64,000 nucleotides of DNA from Macrostomum lignano (Eukaryota): NCBI GenBank assembly GCA_002269645.1, contig NIVC01002140.1, forward strand, positions 62,001 to 126,000, in the 5' to 3' direction. Numbering within the stretch: the stretch's first letter is position 1; each line of letters begins with the position of its first letter. Positions 12,644 to 22,939 of the stretch are shown here, piece by piece. The position numbers and the translations under genes are program-made. The notes under the pieces were generated by a model, which was given only the letters and a program-made list of their open reading frames with translations, was not told the origin of the DNA and did not search any database.

Positions 12644-15600
12644 GGGGATGTCAACTTAAGCACCAGAATGGAGCCCGAAGTTCAGCTCCGGCCCAAACCG
12701 ACTGCAATCGATAACTTGTCGGCCCAGACGACTAGAATCGCCGAGACATCCCATCCGGCTCCCTTCCTTGGGGTCCCAGGGGATAAAGGGGATAAAATGG
12801 GGATCTCATGTCAACTTAAGGCTCTGGAATGGAGCCCGAAGTTCAGCTCCGGCCCAAACCGACTGCAATCGATAACTTGTCGGCCCAGACGACTAGAATC
12901 GCCGAGACATCCCATCCGGCTCCCTTCCTTGGGGTCCCAGGGGATAAAGGGGATAAAATAAGGATCTCATGTCAACTTAAGGCTCTGGAATGGAGCCCGA
13001 AGTTCAGCTCCGGTCCAAACCGACTGCAATCGATAACTTGTCGGCCCAGACGACTAGAATCGCCGAGACATCCCATCCGGCTCCCTTCCTTGGGGTCCCA
13101 GGGGATAAAGGGGATAAAATGGGGATCTCATGTCAACTTAAGCACCAGAATGGAGCCCGAAGTTCAGCTCCGGCCCAAACCGACTGCAATCGATAACTTG
13201 TCGGCCCAGACGACTAGAATCGCCGAGACATCCCATCCGGCTCCCTTCCTTGGGGTCCCAGGGGATAAAGGGGATAAAATGGGGATCTCATGTCAACTTA
13301 AGGCTCTGGAATGGAGCCCGAAGTTCAGCTCCGGTCCAAACCGACTGCAATCGATAACTTGTCGGCCCAGACGACTAGAATCGCCGAGACATCCCATCCG
13401 GCTCCCTTCCTTGGGGTCCCAGGGGATAAAGGGGATAAAATGGGGATCTCATGTCAACTTAAGGCTCTGGAATGGAGCCCGAAGTTCAGCTCCGGCCCAA
13501 ACCGACTGCAATCGATAACTTGTCGGCCCAGACGACTAGAATCGCCGAGACATCCCATCCGGCTCCCTTCCTTGGGGTCCCAGGGGATAAAGGGGATAAA
13601 ATGGGGATCTCATGTCAACTTAAGGCTCTGGAATGGAGCCCGAAGTTCAGCTCCGGCCCAAACCGACTGCAATCGATAACTTGTCGGCCCAGACGACTAG
13701 AATCGCCGAGACATCCCATCCGGCTCCCTTCCTTGGGGTCCCAGGGGATAAAGGGGATAAAATGGGGATCTCATGTCAACTTAAGGCTCTGGAATGGAGC
13801 CCGAAGTTCAGCTCCGGCCCAAACCGACTGCAATCGATAACTTGTCGGCCCAGACGACTAGAATCGCCGAGACATCCCATCCGGCTCCCTTCCTTGGGGT
13901 CCCAGGGGATAAAGGGGATAAAATGGGGATCTCATGTCAACTTAAGGCTCTGGAATGGAGCCCGAAGTTCAGCTCCGGCCCAAACCGACTGCAATCGATA
14001 ACTTGTCGGCCCAGACGACTAGAATCGCCGAGACATCCCATCCGGCTCCCTTCCTTGGGGTCCCAGGGGATAAAGGGGATAAAATGGGGATCTCATGTCA
14101 ACTTAAGCACCAGAATGGAGCCCGAAGTTCAGCTCCGGCCCAAACCGACTGCAATCGATAACTTGTCGGCCCAGACGACTAGAATCGCCGAGACATCCCA
14201 TCCGGCTCCCTTCCTTGGGGTCCCAGGGGATAAAGGGGATAAAATGGGGATCTCATGTCAACTTAAGGCTCTGGAATGGAGCCCGAAGTTCAGCTCCGGT
14301 CCAAACCGACTGCAATCGATAACTTGTCGGCCCAGACGACTAGAATCGCCGAGACATCCCATCCGGCTCCCTTCCTTGGGGTCCCAGGGGATAAAGGGGA
14401 TAAAATGGGGATCTCATGTCAACTTAAGCACCAGAATGGAGCCCGAAGTTCAGCTCCGGCCCAAACCGACTGCAATCGATAACTTGTCGGCCCAGACGAC
14501 TAGAATCGCCGAGACATCCCATCCGGCTCCCTTCCTTGGGGTCCCAGGGGATAAAGGGGATAAAATGGGGATCTCATGTCAACTTAAGGCTCTGGAATGG
14601 AGCCCGAAGTTCAGCTCCGGCCCAAACCGACTGCAATCGATAACTTGTCGGCCCAGACGACTAGAATCGCCGAGACATCCCATCCGGCTCCCTTCCTTGG
14701 GGTCCCAGGGGATAAAGGGGATAAAATGGGGATCTCATGTCAACTTAAGCACCAGAATGGAGCCCGAAGTTCAGCTCCGGCCCAAACCGACTGCAATCGA
14801 TAACTTGTCGGCCCAGACGACTAGAATCGCCGAGACATCCCATCCGGCTCCCTTCCTTGGGGTCCCAGGGGATAAAGGGGATAAAATGGGGATCTCATGT
14901 CAACTTAAGGCTCTGGAATGGAGCCCGAAGTTCAGCTCCGGTCCAAACCGACTGCAATCGATAACTTGTCGGCCCAGACGACTAGAATCGCCGAGACATC
15001 CCATCCGGCTCCCTTCCTTGGGGTCCCAGGGGATAAAGGGGATAAAATGGGGATCTCATGTCAACTTAAGGCTCTGGAATGGAGCCCGAAGTTCAGCTCC
15101 GGTCCAAACCGACTGCAATCGATAACTTGTCGGCCCAGACGACTAGAATCGCCGAGACATCCCATCCGGCTCCCTTCCTTGGGGTCCCAGGGGATAAAGG
15201 GGATAAAATGGGGATCTCATGTCAACTTAAGGCTCTGGAATGGAGCCCGAAGTTCAGCTCCGGTCCAAACCGACTGCAATCGATAACTTGTCGGCCCAGA
15301 CGACTAGAATCGCCGAGACATCCCATCCGGCTCCCTTCCTTGGGGTCCCAGGGGATAAAGGGGATAAAATGGGGATCTCATGTCAACTTAAGGCTCTGGA
15401 ATGGAGCCCGAAGTTCAGCTCCGGTCCAAACCGACTGCAATCGATAACTTGTCGGCCCAGACGACTAGAATCGCCGAGACATCCCATCCGGCTCCCTTCC
15501 TTGGGGTCCCAGGGGATAAAGGGGATAAAATGGGGATCTCATGTCAACTTAAGGCTCTGGAATGGAGCCCGAAGTTCAGCTCCGGTCCAAACCGACTGCA

Positions 15601-15652
15601 ATCGATAACTTGTCGGCCCAGACGACTAGAATCGCCGAGATATCCCATCCGG
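12644..15652 (+). repeat. 161/160-bp tandem array (~18.7 units) forming the left TIR
   Basis: Unit starts (atggagcccgaag) fall at 12668, 12829, 12990, 13150, 13311 ... 15562. There are two junction variants, ttaaggctctggaatgg (161 bp) and ttaagcaccagaatgg (160 bp). Confidence 0.97.
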
Positions 15653-16337
15653 TTTCAAGTGACGAAGCTCTATTCAATTCGAATATCGCATTGGCGGGTG
15701 TATTTTATTTCAGCTATTATACATTGATTGTTAAGTAATAAAAATGATTTGCTCGTATCGAAACAGTGTTAAAAATGCCGATCTGGAAACTCAGTTTGAA
15801 AAAATTAACTGGTAAATTCATTTGGTTATTAGTAAGCAGAACTTTTGACGATAAACCGAAACTATGTATATTGGTAAAATAAAGAATATCACGCAAGGCT
15901 GTACAAGTTATGACGTAATGGATACAAAGCATATCATGAAAAGCTGTACAAGGAATCAAAGTAATAAAAACAAAGCATGTCATGCAAAGCAGCACACGTT
16001 TTTAAGCAAATAAAGTAACGCCTCTCACGCATAGCTTAGTAAAATCATAATTGCAAAAGTTTCTCAGTCCTAAGAAACGGTTTTTGGGTTTAAGTTCTTT
16101 GCTTCAGTAAAAAATACTTCCAATTTTTAGCTAATTGTGAGTCTAAAAGAAATTGAAAGAACTAATGCAAAGCTTTTGTTATTTGATGTCAGTCTGAATT
16201 ATCTTCACATGTAACCTATGGTACGTAAAGAATGCGTGAGATGACATTGTTTCTTAATCTGCATGTCCTTTAAAATCTGCAATACAAAACGTACAGTACA
16301 CTCGCTTAAAACAATTGTATTTTCGCTAAAAATGCTT

Positions 16338-17156
16338 TTACGAGTTTAAAAGTGCAACGAGCACGATGCACTCAGGCTCACGTACGAACGGGTTATAGTC
16401 TGACGTAACTTTCAGGTCGTCAATTCTCGTCCACACACAGCTCAGTACGCTTGCTGTGAAATGTCCCGATTTCAGTCGGTTTCCATGGTGTGATATTGTG
16501 GCCACTGGCTTACCAAGTGTAGAAACACCCCCTGACCTTGAAGAAAAGCTTACAGGAGTTTGAAGCTTAAGGTGGCCATCCATACTAGCACGATCAAGAT
16601 AAATCAGGGTAAACTTTCCAGGTGTTACTACGATCTCTTGATTACAATCGCCCAGGCAATTGGCGTCCGAATATTTCACTACTTGAGGAGCGACAAAAGC
16701 GCAGAAGATTTTGTCTAAACTGACAATTGAGCGCTCAAATTGACAGAGAGGAATGCAAATCACTCTGTTATCGATTGTGCCAACAGGAACTTCAGCACTT
16801 GTGCGCTGGCAATCTCGACAAGTTTGAATGAGTGAAAATTCTGTGAAAGCATCTGATGACAGAAATTCCAGATGTATTAGAAGCGTTTGAACAAATTCGT
16901 TGACGCAATGGTGCTGATTTGTTTGAAATGAATCTGGATGTTGCAACCGAACTGCAGCTAACAGTGGAGTGACTGTTGCAGACCGCTGTTGCATCTCCGT
17001 CAGAAGACGAAGCAGCTCTCGATGGACTTGGTCGTTGCTAGTCTTTTTTAAAATGCATCCATTAGAATGCAGGCAGAGAAACACTTGCACTGCTGCATTT
17101 GCGTAGCACTGCAGGCCATTATTTGGCAACCCAAATAACTTCTTCGGCGAATTCAA
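16338..17156 (-). CDS. Compact ubiquitin-specific protease (peptidase C19/USP) catalytic domain
   Basis: Cys box GLPNNGLQCYANAAVQ, QHHCVNEF box, CxxC pairs (CRDC, CLGDC), His box ATISHHGNRLKSGHF and WTRIDD. All three triad residues are present. There is no ATG of its own; the frame continues upstream to a TAG at 17196-17198. Confidence 0.82.
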   Translation of the reverse strand: MNSPKKLFGLPNNGLQCYANAAVQVFLCLHSNGCILKKTSNDQVHRELLRLLTEMQQRSATVTPLLAAVRLQHPDSFQTNQHHCVNEFVQTLLIHLEFLSSDAFTEFSLIQTCRDCQRTSAEVPVGTIDNRVICIPLCQFERSIVSLDKIFCAFVAPQVVKYSDANCLGDCNQEIVVTPGKFTLIYLDRASMDGHLKLQTPVSFSSRSGGVSTLGKPVATISHHGNRLKSGHFTASVLSCVWTRIDDLKVTSDYNPFVREPECIVLVALLNS

Positions 17157-17195
17157 TGAACCAGTAGCATTTGAACTGTGCCTCTGTTCATCTTG

Positions 17196-17845
17196 CTACG
17201 ATTCAGCACTGTCTCTGCGAGGTGCATTTGGAGCTGGATGACCACCAGATTGATCATTGTAAAGATTGGCAATCAGTACTTTTGGCAAAGCACTGTCAAT
17301 AAATCGGAAGCTGCTGCTGCACATGTTGTAGCTTTCGGGGTGATATGCATAACAGCCTAGCATTCTAACCACAGCCATAACATGACTGTCACACCCTGCT
17401 GTCCTGCTTCCGGCCTTTGAGGATGAAAAGTAGCCATGCAGACGCAGCAGCCCGAGTCACGAAATCCGAATCGGTTACCGCTTGCAGTTTCGCAAATACG
17501 AAGGGCAACTCGGTAAGTTTTTGACCGATGACGGGAATGAAGAACGGCTAAATATATCCAAGATGGCCTCCATTCTCCAAACTTACTGCTCCACCCCTTT
17601 GGTGGCGCTCGCTGATGAAACTTCCAGCATTTTAAATGGCTTGGCAGTTCAGAAATCAACAATTCGAAATCGCGCCACGAGTCTCCAGCGTAGCTACTGA
17701 GCACCTCATGAACTCTGACGTTTTCGATGTAGCGTTTTGACTGAAGAACGTGGTATGGGCCGATGCTAAGCTCTTCCAGATTTCTTTCGTCAACGCTGGG
17801 GAACCCTGAACTTTCAGGGTCCAGGGGATCCACTGCTGTCCATTT
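17196..17845 (-). pseudogene. C-terminal remnant of an ISL2EU/Spy-like transposase (SWIM-like region)
   Basis: WTAVDPLDPESSGFPSVDERNLEELSIGPYHVLQSKRYI ... LHSRHRSKTYRV, then after a frameshift near 17450 HGYFSSSKAGSRTAGCDSHVMAVVRMLG. As recalled, this resembles the FP-L-E / SRH / WYCxCKxGxRxxGCCxH pattern of ISL2EU-type transposase C-termini, with CxC changed to SxS. The DDE core is missing. Confidence 0.6.
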
Positions 17846-19122
17846 TATCCCCTTTATCCCCTGGGACCCCAAGGAAGGGAGCCGGATGGGATGTCTCGGC
17901 GATTCTAGTCGTCTGGGCCGACAAGTTATCGATTGCAGTCGGTTTGGGCCGGAGCTGAACTTCGGGCTCCATTCCAGAGCCTTAAGTTGACATGAGATCC
18001 CCATTTTATCCCCTTTATCCCCTGGGACCCCAAGGAAGGAAGCCGGATGGGATGTCTCGGCGATTCTAGTCGTCTGGGCCGACAAGTTATCGATTGCAGT
18101 CGGTTTGGGCCGGAGCTGAACTTCGAGCTCCATTCTAGAGCCTTAAGTTGACATGAGATCCCCATTTTATCCCCTTTATCCCCTGGGACCCCAAGGAAGG
18201 GAGCCGGATGGGATGTCTCGGCGATTCTAGTCGTCTTGGCCGACAAGTTATCGATTGCAGTCGGTTTGGGCCGGAGCTGAACTTCGGGCTCCATTCCAGA
18301 GCCTTAAGTTGACATGAGATCCCCATTTTATCCCCTTTATCCCCTGGGACCCCAAGGAAGGGAGCCGGATGGGATGTCTCGGCGATTCTAGTCGTCTGGG
18401 CCGACAAGTTATCGATTGCAGTCGGTTTGGGCCGGAGCTGAACTTCGAGCTCCATTCTAGAGCCTTAAGTTGACATGAGATCCCCATTTTATCCCCTTTA
18501 TCCCCTGGGACCCCAAGGAAGGGAGCCGGATGGGATGTCTCGGCGATTCTAGTCGTCTGGGCCGACAAGTTATCGATTGCAGTCGGTTTGGACCGGAGCT
18601 GAACTTCGGGCTCCATTCCAGAGCCTTAAGTTGACATGAGATCCCCATTTTATCCCCTTTATCCCCTGGGACCCCAAGGAAGGGAGCCGGATGGGATGTC
18701 TCGGCGATTCTAGTCGTCTGGGCCGACAAGTTATCGATTGCAGTCGGTTTGGGCCGGAGCTGAACTTCGGGCTCCATTCTAGAGCCTTAAGTTGACATGA
18801 GATCCCCATTTTATCCCCTTTATCCCCTGGGACCCAAGGAAGGGAGCCGGATGGGATGTCTCGGCGATTCTAGTCGTCTTGGCCGACAAGTTATCGATTG
18901 CAGTCGGTTTGGACCGGAGCTGAACTTCGGGCTCCATTCCAGAGCCTTAAGTTGACATGAGATCCCCATTTTATCCCCTTTATCCCCTGGGACCCCAAGG
19001 AAGGGAGCCGGATGGGATGTCTCGGCGATTCTAGTCGTCTGGGCCGACAAGTTATCGATTGCAGTCGGTTTGGTCCGCAGCTGAACTTCGGGCTCCATTC
19101 TGGTGCTTAAGTTGACATCCCC
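17840..19122 (-). repeat. 161-bp tandem array (~8 units) forming the right TIR, inverted relative to the left array
   Basis: It is the reverse complement of the left-array unit and ends in ...GACATCCCC at 19122. Confidence 0.97.
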
Positions 19123-19221
19123 TTTAAGATTTGTTTAATAAATAGTAGTTAGATTAATATAACACTAAAAAGACATTAATAACACCAAATATTATAAAAA
19201 ATAAATATCAACATCGTTACA

Positions 19222-19234
19222 CTCGCCTCTCCTC
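19222..19234 (-). promoter_or_regulatory. Polypurine tract of the Gypsy element
   Basis: The minus strand reads GAGGAGAGGCGAG immediately before TGTAACGATG of the 3' LTR. Confidence 0.8.
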
Positions 19235-19374
19235 AAAAAAACAATACAGCTACTTACAGTAACATCAAAGCACATAACCCAAAAATTTAATAACAATATA
19301 AACTTATATATTGGCTATCGACGGAATTTAAATTATAGGCTCAATTGGCCCGGAAAGTTGGCAACAGCAAATCG

Positions 19375-19810
19375 ACACCATTGGCAAAAATCGACACCAT
19401 TGGCAAAAATTGACACCATTGGCAAAAATCGAACGCATTGGCAAAATCGAACACATTGGCAAAATCGAACACATTGGCAAAAATCGAAAACATTGGCAAA
19501 ATCGAACACATTGGCAAAAATCGAACACATTGGCAAAAATCGAACACATTGGCAAAAATCGAACACATTGGCAAAAATCGAACACATTGGCAAAAATCGA
19601 ACACATTGGCAAAAATCGAACACATTGGCAAAAATCGAACACATTGGCTAAAATCGAACACATTGGCAAAAATCGAACACATTGGCAAAAATCGAACACA
19701 TTGGCAAAAATCGAACACATTGGCAAAAATCGAACACATTGGCTAAAATCGAACACATTGGCAAAAATCGAACACATTGGCAAAAATCGAACACATTGAC
19801 AAAAATCGAA
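19375..19810. repeat. 19-20-bp minisatellite (AAAAATCGAACACATTGGCA)n, ~22 units, in the Gypsy 3' UTR
   Basis: Read directly from the sequence. It explains the repetitive ORFs at 19328-19867. Confidence 0.95.
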
Positions 19811-20272
19811 GCAATATTCGAACAACGAACGATCAATAGCTGGTATATCTGTAACAATATTCAATAATCAATATTTTTTTGAATTTTTTTGAAAATATTT
19901 TCTGACAACTGTCAAAAGGAAATATAAAATGCAAACGGCCAATAGAGTTGAATACACGGCAGCAACTGTAATTCAACGGTGGCAAATTCCAAAGACCGGC
20001 GGCGAATTCGAATGGCTCGGCAGCGCGGCAACAGCCTCGCCGACTCAGACTGCAGCCCAACGGCCACAGTCAGACTGAACTCCTATCTAACTAAGCCATT
20101 TCTAGACAGACCTAACTATGATCAAAAACCCAATCCGAGGATTAAGGGCTATGATCGCGGCAATAAACTAGACTAACCTACGATAAATTTAAGATGACAT
20201 TGACAATTGAATAACGGAGCCCTAAACAGACGTGCAGAACACAGGCACACAGCACACGACACGCCAAAATCC

Positions 20273-22939
20273 CTACTCCCCGCTACCTTTACCAAAAAGA
20301 TTAGCCAGCAAGGAACGAAACCTGATGGGCGGTCTAATTGCGCGCCCAGACCTTGTGGTTGTGACAGCTGGCTGTTCTTGAGTGGCTTGCTCGTGCCGTT
20401 CTGAAACTCTCTGTTCTTGTGCTACTGGTGCCTCAGATTGTGGTTGCTCTGTAACTTGAGGTGCTTCGGTTTCAACTTCGCCTTCTGCACCGATTTCTGG
20501 CACGTTGTCCACAGTGTCTGTGACTGGCAGTGCGATGTTTTCTGTGACTGGCTGCGTAATGTTTTCTGTGACTGGCTGAGTAACCGGTTCCGTGACTAGC
20601 TCTGTTGTCGAATCTGCTACTGTTCCTATGGCTGGCTCTGTGTCTGGTTCAGATGCCGACTGAGCACTCTGATGCTGGATGGACTGATGGCTCGGAGGAG
20701 GAACTGTCTGCTGCTCACCCGGGCAGACTGGGCCCGGATCGAATCCGGACAACCAGTCAGAGCAGTCAGAACTAAAGCTCAATTGCCTAGAGTCTTCATC
20801 ACCCTGTCCTAACCTCGAGGAATGAGGCATCCTCGCAACCAATTCTAATCCAAACCTGTCGGCGACATCCTGGTAGCTTGACTGGCGAATGCACCTTTTC
20901 ATATGATCTACATTGTAAATCTTGGGGCTCGGGTTCGGAGTTTTAAACTGATTCTCACACGCTAACTCAGGAACTAGCCGATAATTTCTCTCTGAAATTT
21001 TCTGCGCGACCTTGTACGGCCCAAGCCAGACTGAAGGATCGAGACCCTTGTGGTCGGGGTTTAACACCCACACGAGCTCTCCTACCTCAAAACTGGATTT
21101 AAACACTGACCGATCGTAGTACCTCTTCTGTCTAGACTGTGCCTTCTTCCTAACAGCTCTGGCGGTGGCAGAGGCTTCAACTAGAGTTCGGTGGAGCAGG
21201 TGTGCATAACTGGCTGGGTCATAGCGCTCTTGCCTAGGTGGGTTGTACAGCTAATCTAGCGGCATCTGGAATTCACGGCCTAAGAAAAGCTTGGCAGGCG
21301 TCATGCCAGTGGACTCAGATTCTAATGACCTAATGCTTATCCCTGCACATCTCGCGGCAAAGGGCCAGGTCACATGCCTTTCGGCAGTGACTGCACGGAC
21401 TTGGCTTTTGATGGTTTGGATCGTACGCTCCACTTTGCCATTAGCCTAAGGGCGACGGGCAGTAATTCTATCCGTGTCAATTTCTAACAAGCAAGTTAAC
21501 TCAGCTACAACGCTATTGATAAACGCTGTCGAATTGTCCGAGACCAATTGCTCCAATGTGCCGTAGCGAGCAATCCACTCCGTCAGGATCGCTGCTGCGG
21601 TTGTCTCGGCAGTTACATCTGTCACAGGAATGATTTCTAAGAATCCAGAAAATCTGTCTACCATGACAAGCAGATATCTGAATCCATCCTGTTCCGGAAA
21701 TGGCCCACAGTGGTCTACATGGACAACCTGATTTGGATATCCCGCTAGAGTCGGCAACATCGGCTCTTTGTTCTTGCGTTTGTTTTTCTTAGTTCTGGCG
21801 CAAATCTCGCAACTGGCAACGACACTCTTGACAACTGTTTCTAGGTTGAAAATTTGGAAGTTCTTCTTTAGGATACCTAATGTCTTCTTGACTCCGGAAT
21901 GGTTGATTAGCCTGTGGTAAGAGGTCACTAATTCGTCTATGTTAGCACTCTCTGGAATGACAGTCAGCTTAGCGGCAGGCTTCCTTTTCTTAGCTGGTCT
22001 ATTTCTAACTAGTACATTTTCTTCCACCGACAGCACACCAAACATGGCCCATAAGGCTCTCAGCTCCCGACTATGGCCTTGAAGCTCCTGCTTAGACAAT
22101 TTTTCCTCTCTGCCTGCTACCGCGTCTCTAAGGTACACCACGTCAATATTCGATTCCTGCGCGCTGCGAATCCATTCTCTTTCTTTCTGCTCAGCTTCTT
22201 CCTCATCTTCACTCTCACTGTCTGACCCAGAGTCTATGGCGGCTACATCGGATCTACCAGGGTCCTCCACTTGAACAGCATGAGCTGCAGCTGGGGACCG
22301 GGTCTCTGGTTCACTTCCAGCTGTGTCCGTGCCCGCAACAGGGGTTGGGGCGACTGGGTGCTCTCTGCCGTGGGCTAACTCACTAACTTCAGTGGGACGC
22401 TCTGTCTGAATAGCTAAATCTACTACCGGCTTGTCCTGCGCTGGGACCGCAAATTGGGACTCAGCTTCCAGGGTCTGGCTACCCGTGGAGGCGAGGGTCT
22501 GGGTGCTACTATCGACGCTGATGCGGTTGGCTTTAACTTCACTAGGCTCCGACGGCGCCACATTTTTACCCTTCTGGAACTTGGCTTTGAAATCTGGGAT
22601 CAAGCTGCAGGTTGGGCAATCGAAATGGTCTGCTCTGAACTTGGGATTACGACTGAGGATGTCTGCGTTACCGTGATCTAGGCCGGCTCTGTGGTTCACT
22701 TGGAAATCGTACTCCGCTATCCTTTCTAGGGGCGTCTGGTCGACCTTAAACGTATACGGTTCCAGGGTGACCAACCACTGAGCTAGCATGCCGGTTGCGT
22801 GCTTCTTTGAGTGCAACAACTTTAAAGCAACGGCATCGGTTCGAACTAGGAACTCACGGTCTAGAAGATAGGTTCGAAATTGCTCTAACATCAAGACCAA
22901 CCCTAACAGCTCCCTCATAATCGCACAATATTTGCGTTG
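20273..22939 (-). pseudogene. pol: Gypsy pol 3' part: RNase H end, acidic linker, integrase (HHCC, DDE, GPY) and low-complexity tail
   Basis: QRKYCAIMRELLG..FLVRTDAVAL (RH); HRLINH..CEIC; VHVDHCGPF, LVSDNSTAF, VERTIQT; WLGPYKV; tail TRSGRAIRPPIRF. In-frame TAG stops occur at 21446 and 21251. Confidence 0.9.

Larger units (their letters stand above)
12644..19122 (-). mobile_element. Spy/ISL2EU-like (PHIS group) DNA transposon derivative, 6479 bp, with tandem-repeat TIRs and USP cargo
   Basis: Termini are GGGGATGTCAACTTAAGCACCAGAATGG / CCATTCTGGTGCTTAAGTTGACATCCCC. The flanks read AAA|element|TTT. The other LTR holds the empty site gaatAAATTTaag (35365-35370), so there is no TSD. TSD-less AAA|TTT insertion is the described hallmark of Spy elements. 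Confidence 0.85.
12330..19221 (-). repeat. Gypsy 3' LTR (413 bp net: 12330-12643 + 19123-19221), split by the Spy-like transposon
   Basis: It matches 33177-33476 + 35358-35466 and is preceded on the minus strand by the PPT. Confidence 0.9.

Noticed and set aside
12668-15727. Many MEPEVQLRPKP… ORFs (also 17926-19098)
   Set aside because: These are translation by-products of a 161/160-bp unit that cycles through frames; there is no sign of a real protein.
12644-19122. 161-bp arrays as a CRISPR-like repeat-spacer system
   Set aside because: Units are near-identical end to end with no unique spacers and no cas-like genes; they are the TIRs of a DNA transposon.
19328-19867. Cys/Phe-rich or Lys/His-rich repeat proteins on both strands
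   Set aside because: They are artefacts of the 19-20-bp minisatellite.
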